Virus record (IMG/VR): IMGVR_UViG_3300009826_001457
Span: 74,654-98,788 of that record
Source: a virus
Strand: one strand, 5' to 3'
DNA length: 24,135 nucleotides
In this document: positions 1 through 8,143 of the stretch, one piece after another
How the letters are laid out: each line of letters opens with the position of its first letter
Position numbering within the stretch: position 1 is the stretch's first letter
Translations under genes and position numbers: made by a program
The notes under the pieces: model-generated
Databases searched by the model: none
What the model was told of the DNA's origin: nothing
The model's input: the letters and a program-made list of their open reading frames with translations, nothing else

Positions 1-36
1 AAACCAACGGCATTAACAAGCAGCTTGTAGAAAACG

Positions 37-59
37 GGGGAAGCGTGAACTGCTTCCCC
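37..59 (+). terminator. GC-rich stem-loop upstream of the ubiquitin-like gene (terminator-like or stabilising hairpin)
   Basis: GGGGAAGC (37-44) pairs perfectly with GCTTCCCC (52-59); follows a TAG at 28-30; no clear U-tract. Confidence 0.45.
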
Positions 60-87
60 ACTAATATTATCTCTTGGAAGGGGAATT

Positions 88-321
88 TTGATGATAAAAG
101 TTACTATGGGTACAACAGTAAAACGTGTTTCAGATGTCTTTGGTGCTGACACAACATTACGGTCAGCGTTAGACCAGCATGGAATCGACTATACCAGCGG
201 CACAATGCATCTCGACGGCTCACCCCTTGATGCCGATGACTTGGATAGAACTTTCGCAGACCACGGAATAATCGATAAGTGCTTCTTGCTTAACGTAGTT
301 AAGGCCGATAACGCGGCATGA
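88..321 (+). CDS. Ubiquitin-like (beta-grasp) small protein
   Basis: 77 aa; RBS GGAAGGGG; Ubl-like pattern (IKVTM...TTLRSAL...LDGSPL...LDRTFADHGI...LLNVVK); first gene before E2/JAB/E1-like genes; ends KADNAA, not GG. Confidence 0.7.
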   Translation: MMIKVTMGTTVKRVSDVFGADTTLRSALDQHGIDYTSGTMHLDGSPLDADDLDRTFADHGIIDKCFLLNVVKADNAA

Positions 322-341
322 AACCCTGAGGGATGCTAACG

Positions 342-368
342 GGGCAGTAAGCTTATTGTTTGCTGCCC
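342..368 (+). terminator. Stem-loop between the Ubl gene and the E2-like gene
   Basis: GGGCAGTAAGC (342-352) pairs with GTTTGCTGCCC (358-368), 11 bp with two G-U pairs. Confidence 0.45.
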
Positions 369-396
369 ACATATTCTACGGAAAGGGGGACTCATC

Positions 397-1848
397 ATGT
401 TCAAAAAAGGAATAAACCAGACAATTTTTACATCTGAAGCGGCTGACAGGTTATTTTCCAATATAACCGAACTGGACACTCCCGATAGATCATTTATTAC
501 AACCTTGCGGATATTACTACGCAATCGCTTGCCCAAAAATGAAACTATACGAATTAGTTGTGAGCGCATACAAACCACTGTCAATGGCATCATGTCTACA
601 TCTGCTTCAGAACGCATGTACCTGTTTTTGTACAATGCATCAAGATATTTAGATTCATCAGGATATAACATCCATATCATCTACACTGAGCATCCCGATG
701 CCGGCGAAAAAATGTTGGAAATTGCCAAAGCCAATGCCGGAGCAGGTAAATTGCATATAAGCGACTACACCCGCCGTGATGACTTACAGGTATTTTATGC
801 CCGTAAAGCAAAAGCCCTGTTTTTCACAAATGATGCAGCCAAAAAAGCAGTTATTTTTGCAAGTGCATTAGAGCCAAAACACTTCCATGCTTTGCAAATG
901 ATGATACCAAGGTACCTGCCGCACCTATTTGTTGATGCCCCCTTAACCGAATCAGAAATAAACTTACTTAAAAGCACAGGAAATAAATCTGCAAGTGAAT
1001 ATGAACAATTAATAGAAGAGTTCGCAAAGGATTTAGATTTTCGAGCAGAAAATATCCGCAGCAACTTGGCACGGTTTGAGACTTTATTCGAACGCGAAAG
1101 AGCTGCTGAACTTCGTCAGCAAATAACAGAGCATGAAAATACGTATAACCAACAACTCATCGCCCTGACCACAACATCCAACAAAATGGATGACTTGAAA
1201 TATACATTGGCAGGACTGGAGCTTGCCATTGATGGGCAATCCGAGGACTCAGAATTGATGGAGTACTTTATATGTAATAAGAACCTGGCGCTTATTAAAG
1301 TTGACGGTACATCCATCGTATTTGTAGTCCATGGCTATGCGAATAATTACGACGAAGATGCCTTCGAGCGATATGTGTCTAACCACAGCGGGTCTCTCTA
1401 TAAAGGTATTAATACTAACATATCAAAATCCCAGATGGAAAAACTGTATCTCGCAATATTCAGCGAGGGGAGATATAAATTACGTATGTGCGCGGCATAT
1501 AAAGCGGATATGCGAAGCGGGTTGTCTGCGATTAGTGGCTACTCATTCCCTCCCGAAAGCAAGTCGTACCTACCAAACCCACATATCCAGATCCATGGAT
1601 GCATTGGTGGTTACGCTATACGCTTTCAAGAATGTATGCAGAATAAGGATTATGTCGGCGCAATAAGCCAGGCGACAGGATCTGCGAGCAACCTAAACTT
1701 TCACGATTCGGGCGTTATTGCTAGATTCGCTGCGAACTTATTTTCAACATCAATAAAATGTATAGAAAGACCCGATGGCACGTTGCTTTCGCCGCATGAA
1801 GCAATTAACGAATTGGAAGGAGATACTGTGCTATGCCAAAGCCAATAA
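397..1848 (+). CDS. Large protein with central coiled coil and C-terminal putative prokaryotic E2-like domain
   Basis: 483 aa; RBS AAAGGGGG; heptad-rich segment ERERAAELRQQ...LAGLELAID; PNPHIQIHGCIGG resembles the E2 HPN/HI-x-G-x-C active-site motif; lies between Ubl and JAB genes. Confidence 0.6.
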   Translation: MFKKGINQTIFTSEAADRLFSNITELDTPDRSFITTLRILLRNRLPKNETIRISCERIQTTVNGIMSTSASERMYLFLYNASRYLDSSGYNIHIIYTEHPDAGEKMLEIAKANAGAGKLHISDYTRRDDLQVFYARKAKALFFTNDAAKKAVIFASALEPKHFHALQMMIPRYLPHLFVDAPLTESEINLLKSTGNKSASEYEQLIEEFAKDLDFRAENIRSNLARFETLFERERAAELRQQITEHENTYNQQLIALTTTSNKMDDLKYTLAGLELAIDGQSEDSELMEYFICNKNLALIKVDGTSIVFVVHGYANNYDEDAFERYVSNHSGSLYKGINTNISKSQMEKLYLAIFSEGRYKLRMCAAYKADMRSGLSAISGYSFPPESKSYLPNPHIQIHGCIGGYAIRFQECMQNKDYVGAISQATGSASNLNFHDSGVIARFAANLFSTSIKCIERPDGTLLSPHEAINELEGDTVLCQSQ

Positions 1849-2591
1849 CCATAACAAAGGAAGTTAGAAAGAAGGCCCTTGCCGATTTCACACAAATGCT
1901 TGACAGCATAAAAGTTTTTGACGGCACTTTTAAATATAACAAAAGCTATTGTTACGAGGTCGATAACGTCACTGTTTGCTACACGCAAGAAGCATACAGA
2001 AAAATCGTTGCCTTAGTAATGGAATTTGATACTGAGGTTGGCTGGCATGGCACCGCATCGCGTATCAACGATAACGAATACTTGATTGACGATATCTTAG
2101 TCTATCCTCAGGAAGTAACAGGCAGTACAGTAAAAACTGACCAGGCGAAATTTGAAAATTGGCTCTATGGGGAGCTTGACGATGACACCTTTAATAAAAT
2201 CCGTACACACGGACATTCTCATGTAAACATGGGCGTATCGCCCTCAAGTGTAGATGACACACACAGGCAGAAACTCGTTGACCAGTTAGAGGGAGATATG
2301 TTCTACATTTTCTCAATATGGAACAAATCCTTGCAGGCATACACGCTGGTTTACGATTTAAAGCGAAACCTACTATTCGACAATGATGAAATTGACGTTA
2401 AGATGCTCGGCAATGAAAGCACAAATGCGTTTTTGACAGATGCCAAGGAGAAAGTCCAAAAACCTACGTTTATGTCATATTCAGAAAAGTTTAAAGGGGC
2501 TAATCATCGAGCATTGGGAATGAACAAAGCAACAACAGCTACACACCGACATGCAGTAGGAATGGAAGGAGGCTATCCATGGGAGTTTTAG
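1833..2591 (+). CDS. JAB/MPN+ metallopeptidase (deubiquitinase-like)
   Basis: EVGWHG N-terminal Glu and HGHSHVNMGVSPSSVDD (HxH-x7-S-x2-D JAMM motif); RBS GGAAGGAG; overlaps the upstream gene by 16 nt. Confidence 0.88.
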   Translation: MPKPITITKEVRKKALADFTQMLDSIKVFDGTFKYNKSYCYEVDNVTVCYTQEAYRKIVALVMEFDTEVGWHGTASRINDNEYLIDDILVYPQEVTGSTVKTDQAKFENWLYGELDDDTFNKIRTHGHSHVNMGVSPSSVDDTHRQKLVDQLEGDMFYIFSIWNKSLQAYTLVYDLKRNLLFDNDEIDVKMLGNESTNAFLTDAKEKVQKPTFMSYSEKFKGANHRALGMNKATTATHRHAVGMEGGYPWEF

Positions 2592-3259
2592 ACTTGTCAA
2601 AAAGCTATACGTTTTTTAAACCGGAGGAAGTCAAGGAACGTATCCATATAATTGGCTGCGGCTCAGTAGGGTCTACCGTTGCAGAACTATTGGCAAGGTT
2701 CGGGCTTACAAAGCTCTCATTATATGACTTTGATATAGTTGAGCCTAAAAATCTGGCTAATCAGTTGTTCCGGCAGGAACATGTAGGCATGACAAAAACC
2801 CAGGCCCTTACTGATATGCTGTCAGAAATAAACCCGGAAATTACACATAATATCAAAACCTTTCCTAACGGCTATACAGGGCAGAGATTGTCGGGCTATG
2901 TTTTTTTATGTATCGACAATATTGACCTGCGGCGTGAGATCGCAACTACCAATAAAGATAATCTCTACATTAAGGCCATGTTCGATTTCAGAACTCGCCT
3001 AACCGATGCCCAGCACTATGCCGCTAAATGGGGCGATATGTCAATGGTTAAGGATTTTATTAAGACCATGAATTTCACCCACAAAGAAGCTGTGGCGGAA
3101 ACCCCGGTATCAGCCTGCAATGTCACATTGTCAGTAGCGCCCACAATTAGAGTGATATGTTCGTTAGGTGTGACCAACTTCGTCAACTTTGTCAAAGGTG
3201 AAAGCCTAAAAAAGATGATTTTAATGGATGCATTCAATTATATTCTGGATGTGTTCTAA
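2579..3259 (+). CDS. ThiF/MoeB family E1-like adenylyltransferase
   Basis: IIGCGSVGS nucleotide-binding motif and YDFDIVEPKNLANQ; candidate catalytic Cys in VSACN; no CxxC zinc pairs; RBS GGAGG; overlaps JAB by 13 nt. Confidence 0.92.
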   Translation: MGVLDLSKSYTFFKPEEVKERIHIIGCGSVGSTVAELLARFGLTKLSLYDFDIVEPKNLANQLFRQEHVGMTKTQALTDMLSEINPEITHNIKTFPNGYTGQRLSGYVFLCIDNIDLRREIATTNKDNLYIKAMFDFRTRLTDAQHYAAKWGDMSMVKDFIKTMNFTHKEAVAETPVSACNVTLSVAPTIRVICSLGVTNFVNFVKGESLKKMILMDAFNYILDVF

Positions 3260-3262
3260 ATA

Positions 3263-3565
3263 ACATGTCGCTTGCAATGGATAGCTTACGTAAGGTAAGT
3301 GCTTCGAGGTATAACCCGAAGTATTAAAAGGTTAGCAAGTGTAGAAGCCGGCCGCCAGGCACCTGGTCCACAAGTTCCATCGCATCGGTCGACTGAGCAA
3401 GGAGTTCAGCACAAAGGGAAAAGCAAAAACCCCTAATTTCTCCGGTTTCTCTTATGCCTTAAAGCCTGCTACAACCAAGCTTGTTAAACCAGAAAAGCTT
3501 GAGAAGAGCGAAACCTGACCTTCCAAGCCATTCTTCCAATGTGCAGATTTCAAGCGATACTATGT
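3263..3565 (+). ncRNA. Retron-like msr/msd cassette 1 (divergent)
   Basis: IR core TCGCTTG (3268-3274)/CAAGCGA (3551-3557); ATGG then hairpins GCTTAC/GTAAGT and GCTTCG-A-GGT-ATA-ACC-CGAAGT (3301-3322), ATTAAAA; TGCAGA before the 3' IR. Confidence 0.75.
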
Positions 3566-3580
3566 CTGAAAGGAAATAAT

Positions 3581-3757
3581 ATGGATGCTAATGTCTACAA
3601 GGTTGAATTGTTTTTCGCTGGTAATGAAGATGATGCTAAAAGCTTACGGAAACACTTGGCACAATCCATCTCGAATGAATTTGACTTGCCAAAGGTTTTT
3701 GGAGTTATTATTGCCTTAGATGAACAAAAAACTGAGAGACTGGAAAGGAGCGACTAA
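3581..3757 (+). CDS. Small hypothetical protein (58 aa) directly upstream of the RT
   Basis: ATG 3581 with RBS AAAGGA (the ORF-track start 3539 lies inside cassette 1); stop 2 nt before the RT ATG. Confidence 0.65.
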   Translation: MDANVYKVELFFAGNEDDAKSLRKHLAQSISNEFDLPKVFGVIIALDEQKTERLERSD

Positions 3758-3759
3758 CT

Positions 3760-4899
3760 ATGCCATATATCACAATTAAGCAACAGCCCACATATAAGCA
3801 AATGACTTTTGAAGAATCGCTTTTTGGTATAGACGATGTAAGCGATTTTATACAGTACAACGAAACTAACACCAGGACATATTGGGTAGAGCACCCAAGA
3901 CAAGAACTGATGGATAACACTGATGTTCCGGCAATGATTGGATTACTAAAGACTTTTAATGAGTCAAAAGATTCATTATTTGCCCAGGACAGGGTTTCTC
4001 TATACCGCTCCTTCAGCATTGCTAAAAAGACTGGGGGACTACGGCGCATTGATGCTCCAGAACCGGAGCTGATGTGCGCTCTGCGTGAATTAAAAATCAT
4101 ATTTGAAAATCATATGTTTGCCTTGTATCACACAACCGCGTTTGCATATATTCGCGGCCGTAGCACAATTGATGCTGTCAAGCGCCACCAAAGGAATAAG
4201 AGCAAGTGGTTTTTGAAACTTGACTTTGCCAATTTCTTTGGCAGTACTACACCGGCGTTTGTACTGGATATGCTATCACAGATATTTCCGTTTAGTGAGA
4301 TTGTAAAGTATCGTTCCGGTAAGGAGCAACTTGCCAAAGCCCTTAGCCTGTGCTTCCTTAACGGCGGGCTGCCCCAAGGAACACCCATCTCACCGTTCAT
4401 AACCAACGTAATGATGATTGCTGTTGACCATAAAATAAGTAACACCCTGCGGAATTTTGATAAAAACCGCTTTGTATACACCCGGTATGCCGACGATTTA
4501 CTTATTTCCAGCGAGTATGACTTTGATAAGAACGCAGTTGAAAAACATGTGATTGATATCTTGGCAGCGTTCAATGCTCCATTCAGCATAAAACGTGAAA
4601 AAACACGTTACGGTTCATCCGCTGGCCGCAACTGGAATCTGGGGGTAATGCTTAACAGTGATAACCAGATAACTATAGGACACAAACGCAAGAAACAGTT
4701 TAAAGCCATGCTCTGCAATTTCATGCGTGACAGAGACTCGGAAAACCGCTGGAGCCGCGAAGATATACAGATACTCAACGGTCTTATATCCTATTATCGC
4801 ATGGTTGAGGCGGAAAACATTGACTATATTATTACGAAGTGCGGAGAGAAATATGGTAATGATGTAAGGCTATGTATTAAAGCGGATTTATCCGCATAG
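3760..4899 (+). CDS. Retron-like reverse transcriptase
   Basis: 379 aa; KKTGGLRRIDAP, AFAYIRGRS, DAVKRH (retron NAxxH position), LKLDFANFF, LPQGTPISP, YTRYADD, NLGV (retron VTG position); no maturase or endonuclease extension. Confidence 0.92.
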   Translation: MPYITIKQQPTYKQMTFEESLFGIDDVSDFIQYNETNTRTYWVEHPRQELMDNTDVPAMIGLLKTFNESKDSLFAQDRVSLYRSFSIAKKTGGLRRIDAPEPELMCALRELKIIFENHMFALYHTTAFAYIRGRSTIDAVKRHQRNKSKWFLKLDFANFFGSTTPAFVLDMLSQIFPFSEIVKYRSGKEQLAKALSLCFLNGGLPQGTPISPFITNVMMIAVDHKISNTLRNFDKNRFVYTRYADDLLISSEYDFDKNAVEKHVIDILAAFNAPFSIKREKTRYGSSAGRNWNLGVMLNSDNQITIGHKRKKQFKAMLCNFMRDRDSENRWSREDIQILNGLISYYRMVEAENIDYIITKCGEKYGNDVRLCIKADLSA

Positions 4900-4901
4900 A
4901 A

Positions 4902-5197
4902 AACTTTTGTAATGTAATGGTTTGTTGTAAAACAAACGCTTCATGCGTTTCGCTGGAGTATCAAAACGTAAGTGAGTGAGACAGAGGACCAGGGCACCCC
5001 CGTCGCTGAGTACGACGACATCGCTGGGTTTGAGCAGCTTGTTTTATTAATCGGAAGCCAGTTAGAATCAAGGTTTTCGTAATCAACTCAAGACTTGAAC
5101 AAAAGTTTCGAGTTTAAGAACCCAGAGCCACCGCAGCTCCGCCCGACTGAACCCAGTCATCCTATGGCTCACCGTTGCCACGCAGATTACAAAAGTT
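4902..5197 (+). ncRNA. Retron-like msr/msd cassette 2 (divergent)
   Basis: Perfect 12-bp IR AACTTTTGTAAT (4902-4913)/ATTACAAAAGTT (5186-5197); hairpins GTTTGT/ACAAAC and GCTTCA-T-GCG-TTT-CGC-TGGAGT (4938-4959); CGCAGA before the 3' IR. Confidence 0.78.
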
Positions 5198-5202
5198 AGA
5201 AA

Positions 5203-5494
5203 ATTCACATTTACATTGTATAACCCTATCTTTGATAAGGTGCTTTGTGGTTTTACCCAAAGTATTAAAATGCTAGAAAGTGAGAGACACCGCAGCCGCT
5301 GCCTGCACAGTAGAAAGACCTGCGCCCGGGGTCATCACCTATATTATTTAGGGAATCAGCTTATCACTTTTCCTTGAAGTATATAGTTTTCTGTGATTTC
5401 GATGAGATGATTATAAACATCTGACTCTTGTGAAGCTGAAGTGCTGAATTCCTCCTTTGGGAAGTTCTCTCTAATGTAGATTGTAGATGTGAAT
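5203..5494 (+). ncRNA. Retron-like msr/msd cassette 3
   Basis: IR ATTCACATTTACA (5203-5215)/TGTAGATGTGAAT (5482-5494); conserved ~65-nt head shared with cassettes 4-8. Confidence 0.8.
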
Positions 5495-5580
5495 CAATAA
5501 TGAAGAATAAAATATTATGAACGCTATCACCTTGGCGATAAATGTTAATGACTATGCAAAATTACCGGGGAGGAAACAAC

Positions 5581-6009
5581 ATGAAAAAAGTAACAATATT
5601 CACTGATGGTGCATGTACGGGCAATCCGGGCCCCGGTGGATACAGTGTCATATTAATGTACGAAGGCCACCGCAAGGAATTATCAGGCGGTGAAGAGTTA
5701 ACTACAAATAATCGGATGGAACTTATGGGCGCTATTAAGGGGCTAGAAGCGCTTAAAGAGCCTTGCGAGGTAGATGTCTACTCAGACTCACGATATGTCG
5801 TTGATGCCGTTAATAAAGGATGGGCTATAGGTTGGAAGAAAAATGGTTGGCGGCGAAAAAAAGGAGACGCTAAAAATCATGACCTGTGGGAAATCCTTTT
5901 GAAGCTCCTTGAAAAGCATAAAGCAGTTTTTCGATGGATTAAAGGCCACTCTGGTCATCCTATAAACGAACGCTGTGACGAATTGGCAAGAGCTGCAATA
6001 CCCTGCTAA
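5581..6009 (+). CDS. rnhA: Ribonuclease HI
   Basis: FTDGACTGNPGPGG, TNNRMEL, YSDSRY, WIKGHSGHPINERCDELA; all four acidic catalytic residues present; ATG 5581 with RBS GGGGAGGA. Confidence 0.96.
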   Translation: MKKVTIFTDGACTGNPGPGGYSVILMYEGHRKELSGGEELTTNNRMELMGAIKGLEALKEPCEVDVYSDSRYVVDAVNKGWAIGWKKNGWRRKKGDAKNHDLWEILLKLLEKHKAVFRWIKGHSGHPINERCDELARAAIPC

Positions 6010-6010
6010 A

Positions 6011-6313
6011 TCACATTTACATTGGATAACTCCATCAATTGATAGAGTGCTTTGTGGTTTTACCCAAAGTTTTAAAATGTCAGCAAGTGAAGGACCCTTG
6101 CGCCTTCCGGCGTGCGAGCCCGCGGAAAGATTTTTCCTGATGATTTAGGATGCAGATACAAATCAATTCTTAGTCAACGCCGCCTTTTTTATTAAGTTTT
6201 ACCATCCTTTTTCCACAGGTAACAAAGCCTAATCGACATTAACATCTTCCCCCGCGTCGAGTCTTCTCTCCTCCAGTCGGATTAGCTTTTTCATATGTAG
6301 ATTGTAGATGTGA
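6011..6313 (+). ncRNA. Retron-like msr/msd cassette 4
   Basis: IR TCACATTTACA (6011-6021)/TGTAGATGTGA (6303-6313); conserved head; separated from the rnhA stop by 1 nt. Confidence 0.8.
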
Positions 6314-6404
6314 GTTTAAACATAACATTGCTTATGATTATTTTTTTACCCAAAGCAGAGTGATTCAACGAGGTGAGTTAAAAAGGAACGCAACCCTATT
6401 ATGA

Positions 6405-6714
6405 TACATTTACATTGGATAACTTTGTCACTTGATAAAGTGCTTTGTGGTTTAACCCAAAGTTTTAAATCGTTAGATTGAGATACTGGAAGGCGACGAT
6501 CAGGAGGCGCCGGCCGCAGTGGCGACCAAGATTCTGAGGTTCGGTTTTCCTCATCATCAATTCTGATGTACGGAAGCAAACCAGTGGAGTTTTCAAGGTT
6601 TCTTGCCATTCTTACTTTCACACAACCATGGCTTTCTCCCCGAAGCGCTCCTCGCCGGTGCGCGCGACAAAGCTCCAGCTCAGGTGGTTCCTTCTCTTGT
6701 AGATTGTAAATGTA
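6405..6714 (+). ncRNA. Retron-like msr/msd cassette 5
   Basis: Perfect IR TACATTTACA (6405-6414)/TGTAAATGTA (6705-6714), with a compensatory C-G to T-A change relative to the other cassettes; conserved head. Confidence 0.8.
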
Positions 6715-6826
6715 CTTTTTCAAGAAACATACTTGAACTTTCTAAGAAACAAAAAGAAATAAATATAGCAAACACCCAGGAAATGAACATATGGGGTGTC
6801 AGACGAAACAACACTACTACATTAAA

Positions 6827-7115
6827 TCACATTTACTTTGGATAACTTTATCTATTGATAAAGTGCTTTGTGGTTTTACCCAAAGTATTCAAACGATAGG
6901 AAGGTGGGAGACTCACCGGTCATGAGCAGGTCACCTGCTTTAGGCAACCCGGGTCGATTAACCGAGGTGAAGACATCAAATGTTCCTTTGTTTTCTGGAC
7001 TTTGCCTATCACCCAAAACACATTCCCGACAAAGATTTTGCGAGGGACTCATCTCCTCTCAGGAAGAAGGCGGCTTCAGAGTGGCAAACAACTTCCCTGT
7101 AGATTGCAAATGTGA
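6827..7115 (+). ncRNA. Retron-like msr/msd cassette 6
   Basis: IR TCACATTTAC (6827-6836)/GCAAATGTGA (7106-7115), one mismatch; conserved head with perfect ACTTTATC/GATAAAGT hairpin. Confidence 0.8.
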
Positions 7116-7247
7116 GCAAGAATGCAACTTAATGTGGTTACGGTATAAAAATGTAATTATAGGACTATCAAGTTTAATGATGGAGTTAGCATGAGCACAC
7201 ATAAACTATGATTAAAGTACAGGATTAAAAGCAGTTATGTTACAAAA

Positions 7248-7532
7248 CACATTTACTTTGGATAACTTTGTCGTTGATAAAGTGCTTTGCGGTTTAACCC
7301 AAAGTTTTAAAACGTCAGGTGGGGGCGAGAAGCAGCGTCTCCTCATCCCATGGCTGGGTAAGATCTGCACCGTCTGGAACCGAGCACTTCTGAAACCCAG
7401 GCCCTAAAAATCCCTGATGTTTACTAAGCTACAGTCTTAGTATCCTTAACCACCACAGGAATGGCACTTGAGTCCGATGCAGTGTCCCCTGCCTTTCCAG
7501 CGCGTGTTTCTCCCCTGTAGACTGTAAATGTG
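7248..7532 (+). ncRNA. Retron-like msr/msd cassette 7
   Basis: IR CACATTTAC (7248-7256)/GTAAATGTG (7524-7532); conserved head; TGTAGA motif. Confidence 0.8.
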
Positions 7533-7596
7533 AATCATAAAATTAACACATATGCACATGAACAAAATTGTTGCTTCATCCAAAGGAGACGATAAA

Positions 7597-8058
7597 TTGA
7601 AGGAACTACATTATATTGGAACTGGTAGATTTGATAGACCAGCTTACAAAGACGGCGATGGCAACATATGGTTAGACATAAGTGAAGGTAGTGGCAAACC
7701 AGATTTGCATAAGTCAGCGGATAACGAGTTGGATGGTGAGCCGGATTACCGAATTGACTGCGATTATATTATTGCTACCCCCGCACCGGAAGAAAATCCA
7801 TACGCACATGACTATTCGATGCTAGACCGACTTAAATCAGACTGCAACTACTATCTCGGCTATGGCAACAGACATCCCAGTAGATTAATTGACAACAGCG
7901 TAGCCACCCACATCGAAGAAATGAGACGTAGATGGAACGCCTTCCCAGAGGATGCAAAACCCGAATGGCTGACGATGGAAGACATAAATAAATATGAAAA
8001 AGAAATGTTGTTTGGAACAGGCAATATATACATTAATGGGTGGTCAACAGTTGAATAA
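7597..8058 (+). CDS. Protein with C-terminal LPD11-like (large polyvalent protein-associated) domain
   Basis: YSMLDRLKSDCNYYLGYGNR...W...PEDAKPEWLTMEDINKYEKEM matches the LPD11 pattern as I recall it; probable TTG start 7597 after AAAGGAG (ORF track starts 7552). Confidence 0.7.
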   Translation: MKELHYIGTGRFDRPAYKDGDGNIWLDISEGSGKPDLHKSADNELDGEPDYRIDCDYIIATPAPEENPYAHDYSMLDRLKSDCNYYLGYGNRHPSRLIDNSVATHIEEMRRRWNAFPEDAKPEWLTMEDINKYEKEMLFGTGNIYINGWSTVE

Positions 8059-8143
8059 CCTGTTTTGGTATGAATGAATTAAGAACTTCGAAGATATAAA
8101 GGCATTTAACTAAACGATTGCGTTATAAAGGAGTGCATCGCAA

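Noticed and set aside
2579-3259. ThiF/MoeB in thiamine or molybdopterin biosynthesis
   Set aside because: No pathway genes nearby, no GG-ending sulfur carrier, no zinc CxxC pairs; the JAB/E2-like context fits protein conjugation better.
336-4589. Minus-strand ORFs (336-680, 795-1064, 1116-1316, 1701-1988, 3016-3237, 3708-4100, 4128-4589) and 1331-1666(+)
   Set aside because: Shadows of well-supported plus-strand genes.
3760-4899. Group II intron RT or diversity-generating retroelement
   Set aside because: Short RT without maturase or endonuclease extension, no domain V/VI seen downstream, no TR/VR pair with adenine-specific differences, and YADD with retron-like motifs.
6341-6355. TTTTACCCAAAG matching the 3' arm of hairpin 2, as a ninth cassette
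   Set aside because: Only ~12 nt match, with no 5' arm, hairpin 1 or IR; at most a fragment.
6346-7194. ORFs 6346..6723(-), 6603..6845(+) and 6868..7194(+) as genes, or as hidden cDNA-encoded genes
   Set aside because: They run across the cassettes, lack an RBS and have atypical composition; the equivalent minus-strand frames in cassette 3 are closed by stops. A DRT2-like concatemer ORF cannot be excluded without cDNA sequencing.
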